Below the pieces are notes generated by a model that was not told where the DNA came from, did not search any database, and saw only the letters and a list, made by a program, of their open reading frames with translations. Below, in pieces: positions 52,340 to 64,000 of a DNA stretch of 64,000 nt. Every line of letters starts with the position of its first letter. Position 1 is the first letter of the stretch. A program made the position numbers and the translations under genes. Source of the stretch: Rhizophagus irregularis (lineage: Eukaryota); the NCBI RefSeq assembly GCF_026210795.1, contig NC_089432.1, positions 4,030,001-4,094,000 of the forward strand, given 5' to 3'.

Positions 52340-54647
52340 TTATTGATTTTTTTGAAGTCCTTCTAAACTATTTTGTGCACCTTGATTTCCTTGTTTAGCA
52401 GATTCTTCATACCAATAAATTGCCTTATCTATATCTTTTGGAATTCCATCACCTTTATACATTATTAAAGCAAGATTATTTTGTGCTATATCATTTCCCA
52501 AATTTGCAGCATTTTGATATAATTCAAATGCTTTTTGCTTATTAATTTTAGTTCCAATACCATTATTATAACAATATCCTAACATCATTATTCCACTTAT
52601 AAATCCTCCTTCAGATGATTGTTTAAACAATTCAAAAGCTTTATTACAATTCCTTTTAACATCAATTCCATCTTCATATAAAACACCAAGATTATACATT
52701 GCATTTAAATTTCCATTATTTGCAGCTTTTTCATACCAATTAAGAGCCTTTTTTATGTCTTTTTTAATACCTACTATTCCATAATTATAACAATAACCAA
52801 TATTAAATTGTCCACTTGATAAATTTTTATTAGCTACTTTTTCATAATATTTAAAAGCTAATTTTTCATTTTTTATAATTCCAATTCCAAATCTATAACA
52901 AAGACCAACAAAATGTTGTGCTAATATATGCTTTTTTTCTGATGCATTGAAAAATAAATTAAATGCTTTCTCATTATTTTTAATCGTTATAATTCCATAA
53001 TAATTGAAATATCCAAATAAAAAAATAGAATTTGAATTATTTTGATTATTTATTAATAACCAATCATAAAATTCTTGTGAATTTATATTATGATCATTAA
53101 AATATTCAATAATTTGTTGCTTTTCTGATTTCCATTCAAGTCCTTTATTATTTAATTTAAAAATAAAATCATAAATTTCTTCAACTATTATGTTAAAATC
53201 TTTTTCAATTGAAATAGTTTCTTGATTGCTTGATACTATTATAGAATCAATGTCTTTTGTATTCATTTTACCAAAATTTTGTATAAATTGAGATAAATCT
53301 CCTTGTAATTCTGAACTATTAGTACTTATAGAAGTCTCATTAAGTTCTTGTTCATTTGACATCTGATGATTTTCTATAATTACATCTTTTTTTGTAATCA
53401 TGGAATTTAGCCAATCAACTACTTGATATATTGTTGGTCGATTATCTGGTTCCCCATCCCAACATTCTAATAACCAAATATAATTAAAGATTAATAAAAA
53501 TAATATTTACCAAAATTTTTAAAATTTAAAAGAATACTCACTGGTATAAATTTTAATATATTCGTTAGGAGTATCAGGAACAACAGTTTCTCTAATACCT
53601 TGTGAAATATCCAAAGCTAAACCAACATCATATTCTTCACCTTCAACGTAAAAAGGAGGTTGGCCGCTAGATATTTCCCACAACAATACTCCAATACTGT
53701 AAACATCACTCTTTTCACTTAGTGAGTACAATCGTGTTGATTGGTTAATATCTCTGTTATTATTTCTTCGTCTATTGAAGCATTTTGGATCGACATAAGG
53801 AACCATTCCAAATAATTTTGATTGAGAACTGGACGATGATCCAATTCTTTTTGATAATCCGAAATCTGCTAATTTGATTGTATTATTACGGACAAGTATA
53901 TTACCGGAATGCTACGAAAGAAATATACATTTTCAAATGAATAATGCAGAATAATAATATTATTAACGATTAAATAATGTTAAAATGAATTACCAAATCA
54001 CGATGAACTATTCCTTCATTATGTAAGCATGATACGGCACAAGATAACTGGTATGCCATATTATATTTGTCATCCCAAGTAAGTCTGCTAAAGTTTTTCT
54101 TTAAATAACTTCGAAGACTACCACCGTCGGCGTATTCCATTACTAACCAATAATTATTATGATTATCTAATAAATAAAAAAAAATCATTAAAATGTATTT
54201 CTTTGAATTTTGTGATTAACAAGAATATTATATTTATTAAGATAACTTCTGTCAATAATACCTGATTCAGGTTTTGTTAGCCCATAGCAACGAATAATGT
54301 TATCATGAAAATCAACTTCTCGTTGAATTTTCAACTAAAATAAAATTCAAAATTTAAAAATATAAGTATATTAAATGAAATCATAAACGAAAAAAAAAAT
54401 GTATTTTATATCGAATTACCTCACGAACAACCTCTTTAATAGTGATGTTATCAAGACTAAAAAAAGATTTTAACGCAAATTGTTTTTCTGAGTTTTTCCA
54501 ATTTGCACGATATACTTTCCCAAAACCTCCGGTACCAATATGTTGAATATTATTAAATTGTTTGTATTCATAAAATTTAAAATATTCTTTATCGACAGCT
54601 TCCTCGATCCAATTGACCCATTCATTTGTATGCTCTGTATCTTGCAT
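52340..54647 (-). CDS. Kinase-SEL1 gene copy 4
   Basis: Same 5-exon structure; GTGGFG, HRDLHSGN and DFG intact; closest to copy 2. Confidence 0.9.
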
Positions 54648-54817
54648 TTTTGATATTATCGAACGTATTGAATAATAGTAAATTAACAGTAGAATTAAAA
54701 AAAAATAAAAGTAAAACTTATTGGTTCTTCTTTTGTTTCAAATATTAATTTAGTATTACCAAACAAAAAAAGCCAACCAGTGGCCGTTGGTACCGCAGTA
54801 CGGCAAATATTTTCTTA

Positions 54818-55109
54818 CACAGTATGCATATCCTTAAATTTGTGACAGGTTATGCCGATTAGAAATACTTTTTTGGGAGCGATCGACAAATGTGCCACAG
54901 ACAGTAATCTTTTCTTTTCAAAAAAAAAAAAACTTAATAAGAGGTATAAGAGGTGTAATTTTGCCTGCTCCGCAATTTTACTTAGAACGACAAACAAGGT
55001 TTTGGCTGAAAATTTAGACTTAAGCGCGATTTTTTTAAAAAAATGCGCCACATACTTTAAACAATATATTCGGCGTAACCTGTCACACATTTAGGACGTG
55101 CACACGGTA
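54818..55109. mobile_element. Tc1/mariner-type MITE upstream of copy 4
   Basis: ~40-bp imperfect TIR cacagtatgcatatccttaaatttgtgacaggttatgccg / cggcgtaacctgtcacacatttaggacgtgcacacggta; TA-flanked. Confidence 0.75.
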
Positions 55110-55594
55110 TAACAAGTTCGTACTAGGATTAGCTTTTTTGAATTTGTTTGGCCAATGAAAGTAAGGTTGCACAATTTAGAATTTATTTATTGACGTTTAC
55201 TTAAATAAAATTGAATAAATAATCATTCCACCAACATATTGGATTTTTTTTAAATAATGTTTTATTATGATGAAAGTAAGAATAATCTAATTTATCAAAA
55301 GTATTATTACAAAGTTTACAATTATATTTAAATAATTTAAGTGTAATAAATGCTATTTTTCGAAAACATTCCTAAGGTCGTTTTCTCATCTCGTTCTTTT
55401 CATAAATTAATTATTATTTATATTAATTAAAAAGGGGAGTACAATTTTTTTTGTTAAAATGCCATCAAATGATTTTGTGGCATAGATAATTTTTTAATTT
55501 TTGAATTAGATTTCAAAGCTGTCGATCATAGATAGCCACACCGATAAAATTTCAATATTTGAACAATATTTTAACTATGAAAGTATACTTACTA

Positions 55595-55830
55595 CTAGAA
55601 ACTAAGATAATTTTCATCAAGCAACTGTTGCATTAACCGAAATACATGTATTGTCTTGCCAGATGCTCGTGGACCTATAAGCAACAAAATTCGCCAGCCT
55701 TTTTGATATCCAAGAAGGAATTTCCTGTGATCTATATTTTCTGTTGGATTTACGAAGTAAACTGAAGATACTTGATCTGGCATAATATATCCGCTAACTA
55801 TCCATCTCTTTTTGGTTAGGACTGGAACTG
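55595..55830 (-). pseudogene. Fragment of a P-loop NTPase gene
   Basis: ILLLIGPRASGKT Walker A preceded by VYFVNP; truncated, with no continuing frame. Confidence 0.6.
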
Positions 55831-56086
55831 ATTATTAAAGTTTAGTATTTAAATTGTTGGAGAAAACAAATTTTTTTACAAATTCTTACGTTCTTCCAGA
55901 GCCTTCCTTTTTCTTTTAAGGTTTTTAATAAAATTTCACTTTTTTCAACAGAAGTGGTCGGCAAATTTTCTTTTTCATTTTTTTCAGATTTCTAGTAGTA
56001 TGCAAAGAATAAGATGTGTGAGTAAGATAATAGTAGCAGATTCTCCTTCAAAATCAGCAGAACTTAATCACATGATAGTAGGATAT

Positions 56087-56242
56087 GCACGTATAGAGGC
56101 TCTATGTCTGGACGCTCTTTTTCCCTATGTACGAGAACACAGGGCGTAGCATACTCGCTACCCGCATAGTAAGACACGTACAGAGACTCTATGTCCGAAC
56201 GCTCTTCTTCCCTGTGTGCGAGAACACGGCGTAGCACACTTA
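56087..56242 (+). repeat. Tandem duplication of an ~87-bp GC-richer unit
   Basis: cacgta.agag.ctctatgtc.g.acgctctt.ttccct.tgt.cgagaacac..ggcgtagca occurs twice. Confidence 0.85.
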
Positions 56243-57876
56243 CTACTCTATTTTAAGAATGTGCCAACCTTCAAATGACGCTTTAGTATTGCCACTTTCT
56301 TCTCTCCTTCGTCTCGGGTTCTAAATTACTAATCAACATATCCAATTCCTTGCCTAAATCGCGATGTTGATGGCCATTTTGACTCGTCAGGATATTGTTC
56401 ATAATAAAAAACATCCCACGTATTTATTCTCCATTGTGTATAAGGTTTTCTCCAGTATTCTGAATGTCGAAATTTTTGATAATACCTCCTCTAGCAACAT
56501 GATGACAAAAATGAAATAATATGTTGTATCAAGTAACAACCCAAACTTATCTTAAATAAATTCCGTGGTTTATTAATAAAATTCTTTAAGAATAAATACA
56601 AAATAAAATGAAAAATATTTTACGTCCGAAAGTTGAAAAGCTCAAAGAGATATTATAGGAAAAATAATAAAAAAAATAATAGAGATTTTATAATAATATT
56701 ATTATTATTTAAATTAATATAAATAAAAGCATAAACCGATAGACTCAAAAATTAGATATCGACGTAAACTTCTAAACATGATTCAATAAGCTATAACCGC
56801 GCCTCACTATGTTCAAAAGTCTGATAATACTGATGTATCAGATGTACACAACAGACACCTGACCTTATTCCAAATTTACAAAGCCTATTAAATGAAAAAG
56901 TACTCTAATCTAACATTAGCTTTATATTATCTAATATCATTTAGTTAATACGATCACTTAGACATGTCATTTTATTGAATACTCTTATTCAAATTATTTG
57001 TTACAATGAAATTAATTTCTGCAAAAGAGAAAATTTTCTTGAACTATTAAATGCTAAAATGTAATTAGAATTATAAATTTATAAATTGATTCAACATCTG
57101 TTTGTAATGAAAATAGGTATGATGTTAATAACTTTTTTATTCATTAATCTTTTTTTTTTTTGTGGGAAAAAAGTAAAAGAGATGAAATCTTTGATCATTA
57201 TCAACTAGCTAACTCTTTTTATTTTAGCTTTAGATCTATGATTTACTTTTTCAATGTCTTTCCTTTTACAACTACAGTTGAAATTTTCCCTATAGAATTT
57301 TTTTCAAAAAAAAATAGAAGCTCGTTGATATAGAAAACAGCTTATGGTTATTGTACGGTGTTGTATTTATATTGGTTAACATCACAAAATAACGTTAACC
57401 AATATATACAGGTAAAATTTTAATAAGAAACTTATTGTTTATTGATATTTTAGAACAAATATGTTTATCTTGTAAATTTATTAATAAAATAATGTTAGTA
57501 ATTGATTTTACAATTTATTAATTAAAGAAATTTATTATAAATTATTGATTTTTTTTAAATCATCTTTTGCTAATGTCTATATGACAACATGTTCTTCTCA
57601 CCTTCAATACACGCGTTGAAGTTAAACTATCCACCAAAATAAGTAAAAAAAATCACTTTTTTTATAAAAAATTATCAAAAAGAAGAGTTATTCTGCTAGT
57701 TAACTTTACGTTTATTAGATAATCCATTAAATTGTTCGCCGACCTTTTTTTAATAATGTTTTATTTAATAAAAAATGCGCTTTTAACATATAACAATTTT
57801 ATTTCATTTCTTTTTAATTAAAAAAATATAAAATTTTGACTCTATATTAAAAAAGCTGACAATTAGTTTTCTATAT

Positions 57877-58255
57877 TATCGCCGTTTTCAAAGTGATATA
57901 CGCAAGGGACTATCATAAAAAAAATTAATGATTATTTTCTGATTTTCTGATTTCTGCGAAACCCAAGATTTCCCAAATAGAAAAAATTTAAAATAGAGGT
58001 ATTTCAAGTTGAAAACCTAAGAATTCAATTATTGAAAAAACTGCCTCATAAAAAAACTAATTCTATAATAAAATTTAAGAATTAGCAATATAAATAAACT
58101 TAAGTTGGAGTTTTTTTGGGGTTTGACTTAGAATACCTCATTTTACATCTTTTTCTATATAAAGACACTGGGAAATCTCGAGTTTTCGCAAAATTTATAA
58201 AATATTTTTTTTTTGGTGAAATTTTTTTACGTACATCATTTGAAAACGGCGATAA
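57877..58255. mobile_element. Foldback element with ~150-bp inverted arms (may extend to ~57620-58427)
   Basis: Nested inverted pairs ttatcgccgttttcaaa/tttgaaaacggcgataa, gcgaaa..agatttccca/tgggaaatct..tttcgc and gaggtatt/aatacctc. Confidence 0.7.
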
Positions 58256-58772
58256 AAAAAATTGAAACCCGTAGTAAATCAAAGGATAAAGTTTTAGCGG
58301 AAATTTTAGATTTGCTGCGTAAATTAGTTTAAATATTAATTTAGGTTTTAGAATTTATTTTACTTTTAATTTTCTTATTTTTTCTAGCTTGTTAGGTGGT
58401 AATTCATTTTGTAGGTGGGAGTTAATAATGAAAAAATGCTTTTCATTTTTCTAGCAAACAGAAAATTCTCTTTTATTTTAGGACTCACGTCAAATAATCA
58501 GTACATGAGCTGAATCAGTTGATGATTGATCGATAATAAAAAGCTGCGTCCTCATTCACGTTCATGGAAGGAGTAAAATAAATTTCATATTATTTTATTT
58601 TATTTTTTTTATTATAAGCTAGTACTAAAAATGCAAACGAACATATTTATTGATCAAAGAAACTTTTTTATTATTAATTATTATTATTCGTTAATAAAAT
58701 TTATATTTTTTAGTTCATTTTGTATCACAAGAGGCTATACTATGTTAGTAGTCATGCATGACTTATTTTATA

Positions 58773-59202
58773 CAGTTCACCCTTACAATAACAAATTTTT
58801 ATAGTGAATAGCTTGTTATAGTGGAGAAAGTTTCTGACAATAATTTTTTTAATATAACGAATTATAAAGTAAAATCTTTGTACTTCGTAATTTGAATTTA
58901 AATGTTAAAACAAATATAATATAATGACCCTCAGTTATGTGCGAAAGTTCTATAAAATTATACAATGTCAAAACTTCATATTTCTATGAATTGGCCTTTA
59001 TGATCATAAAGAAGAAATGTTAAATTTTTTGCCATATCAACTTGCCATACTAATTTTACGTAAATCACGTAATTATAAAAATTTTGCGATTTTTTGTCAA
59101 AAAAATGTTTTACCTTAATTCACTATATACTACAGTGAATTCCCTCACTATAACGAATTTTAATCTCCAGCCCACAGAATTCACTATAGTAAGAGTGAAC
59201 TG
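58773..59202. mobile_element. pogo/Tigger-like MITE
   Basis: TA|cagttcacccttac...gtaagagtgaactg|TA with tatagtgaat/attcactata subterminal motifs. Confidence 0.8.
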
Positions 59203-60612
59203 TATAATAATAATTATTTTAATTATTAATTAAAAAAAACATACATTTTAAACGAATTCTAATTTGTTAAAACGGATAATGCAGATATCCCGATTATCCG
59301 GATTGAATAGATAATTCAAATTCGAATACCCGGATTAACGCCAGCATTTTTTTGCATTTTTACTAGTAAAAACGCACTAACGGATCCAGACTCTATCACT
59401 AATAATAAATAATCATATTCTTCAATTTGTTTGTAAAAGATATTCCAAGATTTCTTTTAAGTAATACCATACATTTTTTTGAAAGTGACCTCTTTTTTTT
59501 TATTTAAAGGTAAAAAAGAATTGAAAACAGGTAAATTCAAATGTTTATTTGTTGATACAGACCTTATTCATATTATGTGATATAGCTTATATTATAGGAT
59601 TATATATTTTCTTTTTTTTTTATTTTGAGTCTTCCGCCGCAATAATCTTAAGAATATTATGACTTCTTTATAATTGTTTTGGATTTATTCTACTTTCGCT
59701 AAAATTTAATCTAAAAATCGCCTATATAAATGGTAAATTAAAAAAATCACTAGTAATGAATAATTATTTAAAAAATTATTATGAAAATAATTAGCTAACA
59801 TGTGTCATTTTTATGGATATTCTTATTCAAATTGGATATGGAACATATGGAACTCTAATATTATTGAAGAATTAGATTATATAAAAGAAGAAAAACTTTT
59901 GAACTATTAATTCTAAAGTGTAAATTAGAAATGAAATGTTACAATATTATTCAATCTAAATTCAGTACCACTAACTTTTCGTAATTGTTTAGTAATAAGA
60001 ATAGTTGTAATAACTAATAATTAATTAATTCTTTTTTTTTTTTGATGGGAAAAGTTAGAAAAAGCTAAAATAATTTTATCAAAATCATTTTGTATAAAAT
60101 GTCAAAAACTGATTTTGCAAGTAGCAACTTTCTTTTATTTTAATTTTAGATTTATGTTTCACTTTTTTAATTTTATATACTTAATTTAGTTTAGTAATGA
60201 TTAAAAAATTTTAAAGGTAATATTTCTATAATTGATTTTTTTCCTATATTTAATTTCTATAAATAGAAAAGAATGCAGTCATTAAATTATTACATTTTTA
60301 AATTTTCGATGTTAAACATAATTATCCGAAGCGTAGCGAAGTACACTCAATGTCTATCTGTCACGCCACGTATATGGTAAATGAAATTGTAGGATCAGGT
60401 TTAACAACAACAATAATAAATTATGGCCAATGAAGTTTTAGAATCAGGTGTTAGCATGTAATATTATTAATAATCATGTGATTATAACGCTTTTACCTAC
60501 TTAATTTTAAATTGAAATGTCATTTAAGTTTAAAAGAAAATATATAAAAAATAATTATATAAAATAGATAAAATTTTAAATGATTTATAATTTAATAATT
60601 AAAGAAAAATTA

Positions 60613-61647
60613 CTATAAATTATTGATTTTTTTCTGAAGGTTATTTAAATTATTCATTGCTAACCCATTTCCTTGATTAGCAGATTTTTCATACCAATAT
60701 ATCGCTTTATCTATATCTTTTGAAATTCCATCTCCTGTTTCATACATTAAAGCAAGATTATTTTGTGCTATATCATGTCCTAAATTTGCAGCATTTTGAT
60801 ATAATTTAAATGCTTTTTGCTTATCAGTTTTAGTTCCAATACCATTATTATAACAATATCCTAACATCATTATTCCACTTGAATATCCTCCTTCAGCTGA
60901 TTGTTTATACAATTCAAATGATTTATTATAATCTTTTTCAATACCAATTCCATTTCTATAACAATTACCAAGATTATATATTGCCATTAAGTTTCCATTA
61001 TTTGCTGCCTTTTCATACCAATAAACAGCCTTTTTAAAATCTTTTTTAACACTAACTATTCCTTTTTCATAAAAATATCCAATACTTACTTGTCCAGATG
61101 AAAAATTTTTATTTGCTGATTTTTCATAATATTTAAAAGCTAATTTTTCATTTTTCATGATTCCATTTCCATATCTATAACAATGACCAACAAAATATTG
61201 TGCTAATATATGATTTTCTTCTGATGCATTAATAAATAAATTAAATGCTTTCTCAATATTTTCATTGACTGCAATTCCATAATAACTAAAATATCCAAAA
61301 ATAAAAATATAATTTGAATTATTATGATTATCTATTAACCAATTATAAATTTCTTTTGAATTTAAATTATAATTATTAAAATATTCAATAACTTTTTGTT
61401 TTACTGAATTTATTTTAAGTCCTTTATTCATTAATTTAAAAATAAATTCATATATAATGTTAAAATCTTCAATTGGAAAATTTTCTTGTTTATTTAATCT
61501 TATCATAGGATCAATTTCTTTTATATTTATTTTATTAAAATTTTTAATAAGTTGAGATAAATCTCCTTGTAATTCTGAATTATTAGTACTTAAAGAAGTA
61601 CTATCATTAAATTCTTGTTCATTTGTATACTCCTCGGTATCTTGCAT
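60613..61647 (-). CDS. SEL1-repeat-only paralog (kinase domain deleted in frame)
   Basis: MQDTEEYTNE, the exon-1 start of the paralogs, runs directly into QEFNDSTSLSTNNSELQGDLSQL of the last exon; the SEL1 array is open and the upstream module is retained. Confidence 0.9.
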   Translation of the reverse strand: MQDTEEYTNEQEFNDSTSLSTNNSELQGDLSQLIKNFNKINIKEIDPMIRLNKQENFPIEDFNIIYEFIFKLMNKGLKINSVKQKVIEYFNNYNLNSKEIYNWLIDNHNNSNYIFIFGYFSYYGIAVNENIEKAFNLFINASEENHILAQYFVGHCYRYGNGIMKNEKLAFKYYEKSANKNFSSGQVSIGYFYEKGIVSVKKDFKKAVYWYEKAANNGNLMAIYNLGNCYRNGIGIEKDYNKSFELYKQSAEGGYSSGIMMLGYCYNNGIGTKTDKQKAFKLYQNAANLGHDIAQNNLALMYETGDGISKDIDKAIYWYEKSANQGNGLAMNNLNNLQKKINNL

Positions 61648-64000
61648 TTTGATATTATTGAGTGTTATCAAAACGTATTGAATAATGATGTTAACAGTAA
61701 AGTTAAGGAAAGAAATGAAAAGTAAAAATTATTAAAGTTTTATTGTATATGCCTATTTTATATATTTTTTTTTTCTCCGATGATAGTCGTACAAGCGTAC
61801 AGCGGTGATTTAGTATGACCTGTAAGTCCTGTAACCTGTTAAGTCAATCAACTTTGGTACCGCAGTAATTTTCATTTTCATAATGACGTCATCATTAAAA
61901 TTGAATGTTGTAGTTGTCGTAGGTAAAAAGAATTTATTAAAAGTATTATAAGCCACATAATTATTTACTACAGAGTACTATTAAGAGATATATACTAACT
62001 TCTTTCTTGGTAAAAATCAAAATTTTTTATTCGTCTATAATGTTGGCGTTATTTGAATAAAATTGAATAAATGGTTCTTATATCAACAGTTTTACTGGTA
62101 TATAATTTGATTTAATATAAATGTTATTTTTGAAAAAAATTCTTGAAGGTTTCATTTCTTATTTCCATAAATTAAAAAATTTTCTAGTTCTAAATTAAAT
62201 AAAAATTAATTAAAGGGGGCGAATCCGGGGGATGACGATTTTATGACCAACAAATACAGAATTATTTTGGCTAAAATATCATGTGGCATGAATAATAAAT
62301 TTTTTTGTGTTATGAAGTATGAACAAGATTTTATTCAAAATTTTTAAAGATATCGATCCTAACCACACCGGTAAAATTTCAATGTTATTAATGTTATTTT
62401 AATTGTGAAGATATAATTCGATTGACGATGATTATGGAAATTATGGAGATGTATTTCATAATAACAATGTTGTACCAATTGTATATTTTGTATTATTTGT
62501 TGCCACTTCAATTGTTACATTGAACGAATAGTTAGAGTATCTTTGTGATTTCTATTAATTTAGCAATGAATATTAAATCTTTTTCTCTAAAATAAATAAA
62601 GGAAAATACCAAGTTTTGGCAAATAAATTCCTCTTAAATTATTATCATTAGCATTATCATCATCGTATAATCAAAACTATGAATGCAAACTTTCAATTCT
62701 GCTAAATTAATAAAGTTTGAAATTGCTTGAATTGGGAAATAAATTAAATAGTTGCGATTACAAAGTTCAAGAATTCCTTTAATTACTTTTTAAAAAGATT
62801 CACCCTCTGTCTGATGTATATAATGTTATTTCTCTCGAATTTTTTTTTTTTTTGAGAGAATTAATATACTTATATTATCATTATAATTTGAACTTTTTTC
62901 AGACATAATTTCTTCTGAGTCATGAGTTTGAGAGATCATTTCTAAATTATTATAAATTTTTAGATTTAATATTATCACAATCAAAAATTGATACGTATTA
63001 ATTTATGAATTATTTCTTCAGGACAGGAATCTTTAAAATTGAAAGTATGATAAAGATTTTGATGCAGAACATTCAAAAATATTCAAATTTTGGCATATTA
63101 AAATATTTAATAATTTTTAATCATTGATAATTATTTTATAATCAACAGGTGCTAATATCAAATACACTTTTGAGTCTTTGACTAATTTATTATTACTCTT
63201 GAAGAAATTATTTGAATATATAAACTAACCTTAAAAGTGGGTGTTTTTGTAATAATAAAAGATCTTTTTCTATTGTTTTTCAATAATAAATAATGAGGAG
63301 AATTTTGATTTCTTATTAAAACATTATTAGTTGTATTTCTTTCAAGAATTTCGGTAATCTTTTCTCCACAGGTAAATAAAGATTCTTCAATTTATTTCAG
63401 AAAAATATTCTAAGATTTCTTTAATAATAATACAATATATACTTTGGAAATTACCTATTGTTTTCTTTTTTATTTGAAGGTTAAAAAATTGAAACAAAGA
63501 AAAGTGACTTATTCATATTATGCCATTATGAATTATATATATATTTTTTATTTTAATCCCTCTGCCATGATAATCTTTAAGAATAATATAATGTCTATAT
63601 AATTGTTTTGCTTTGTATTCTATTTATTTTCGCAAAAATTTAATTTATCTTCCTTTAAAAATCACCTGTATAAATGATAAATTAGAAAAAATATATCCAT
63701 CAGTAAATGGATAATTAATTTAATGAATATTAAAAAATCAATTAACCAATATATGTCATTTTATGGAAATTCTTATTCAAATTAGAAGATATGAAACTTC
63801 AGTATTATGAAGAATAAATTCTGTAAAAGAAAAGCTTTTGAATGATTAAAATACTAAAATATAAATAAAATAGAAATGAAATGCTAAACGATTAAAATTC
63901 AGTAATAATCGTCGCATTTTTATAATTGTTACTTGTTAGTAATAAGTATAGTTGTAATCAAGGTTAAAAAACTTTTAATTGATCAATTCTTTTTTTGCTG

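Noticed and set aside
54815..55094. Two antiparallel ORFs
   Set aside because: Both lie within a TIR-bounded MITE.
1..64000. tRNA/rRNA genes
   Set aside because: None recognised by eye; a covariance-model scan (tRNAscan-SE, Infernal) would be needed to exclude them.

Overview
Very AT-rich, intron-rich eukaryotic DNA. Gene content (expanded TKL-like kinase + SEL1-repeat genes, vWA-alpha-kinase) points to an arbuscular mycorrhizal fungus (Glomeromycotina, Rhizophagus-like); this is inferred, not database-verified. The window holds the 3' part of a kinesin-4/KIF21-like gene, a minus-strand family of kinase-SEL1 genes (4 full-length copies, 1 kinase-deleted copy, 2 remnants), a vWA-alpha-kinase, two 5'-truncated retroposed insertions with TSDs, a nested 6.4-kb Mutator-like element and many MITEs. 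The standout is the apparent ~100-bp 'satellite' at 19.8-24.7 kb. On the minus strand it reads as 45 tandem 3-nt micro-exons, each bounded by AG and GT, plus one 1-nt exon. Spliced in order they join an upstream ATG exon in frame, with no stop, to a protein kinase domain (predicted 50 exons, 428 aa). The micro-exons are phase 1, so skipping keeps the frame but recodes the junction codon. This is a candidate combinatorial diversity generator on a kinase N-terminus.
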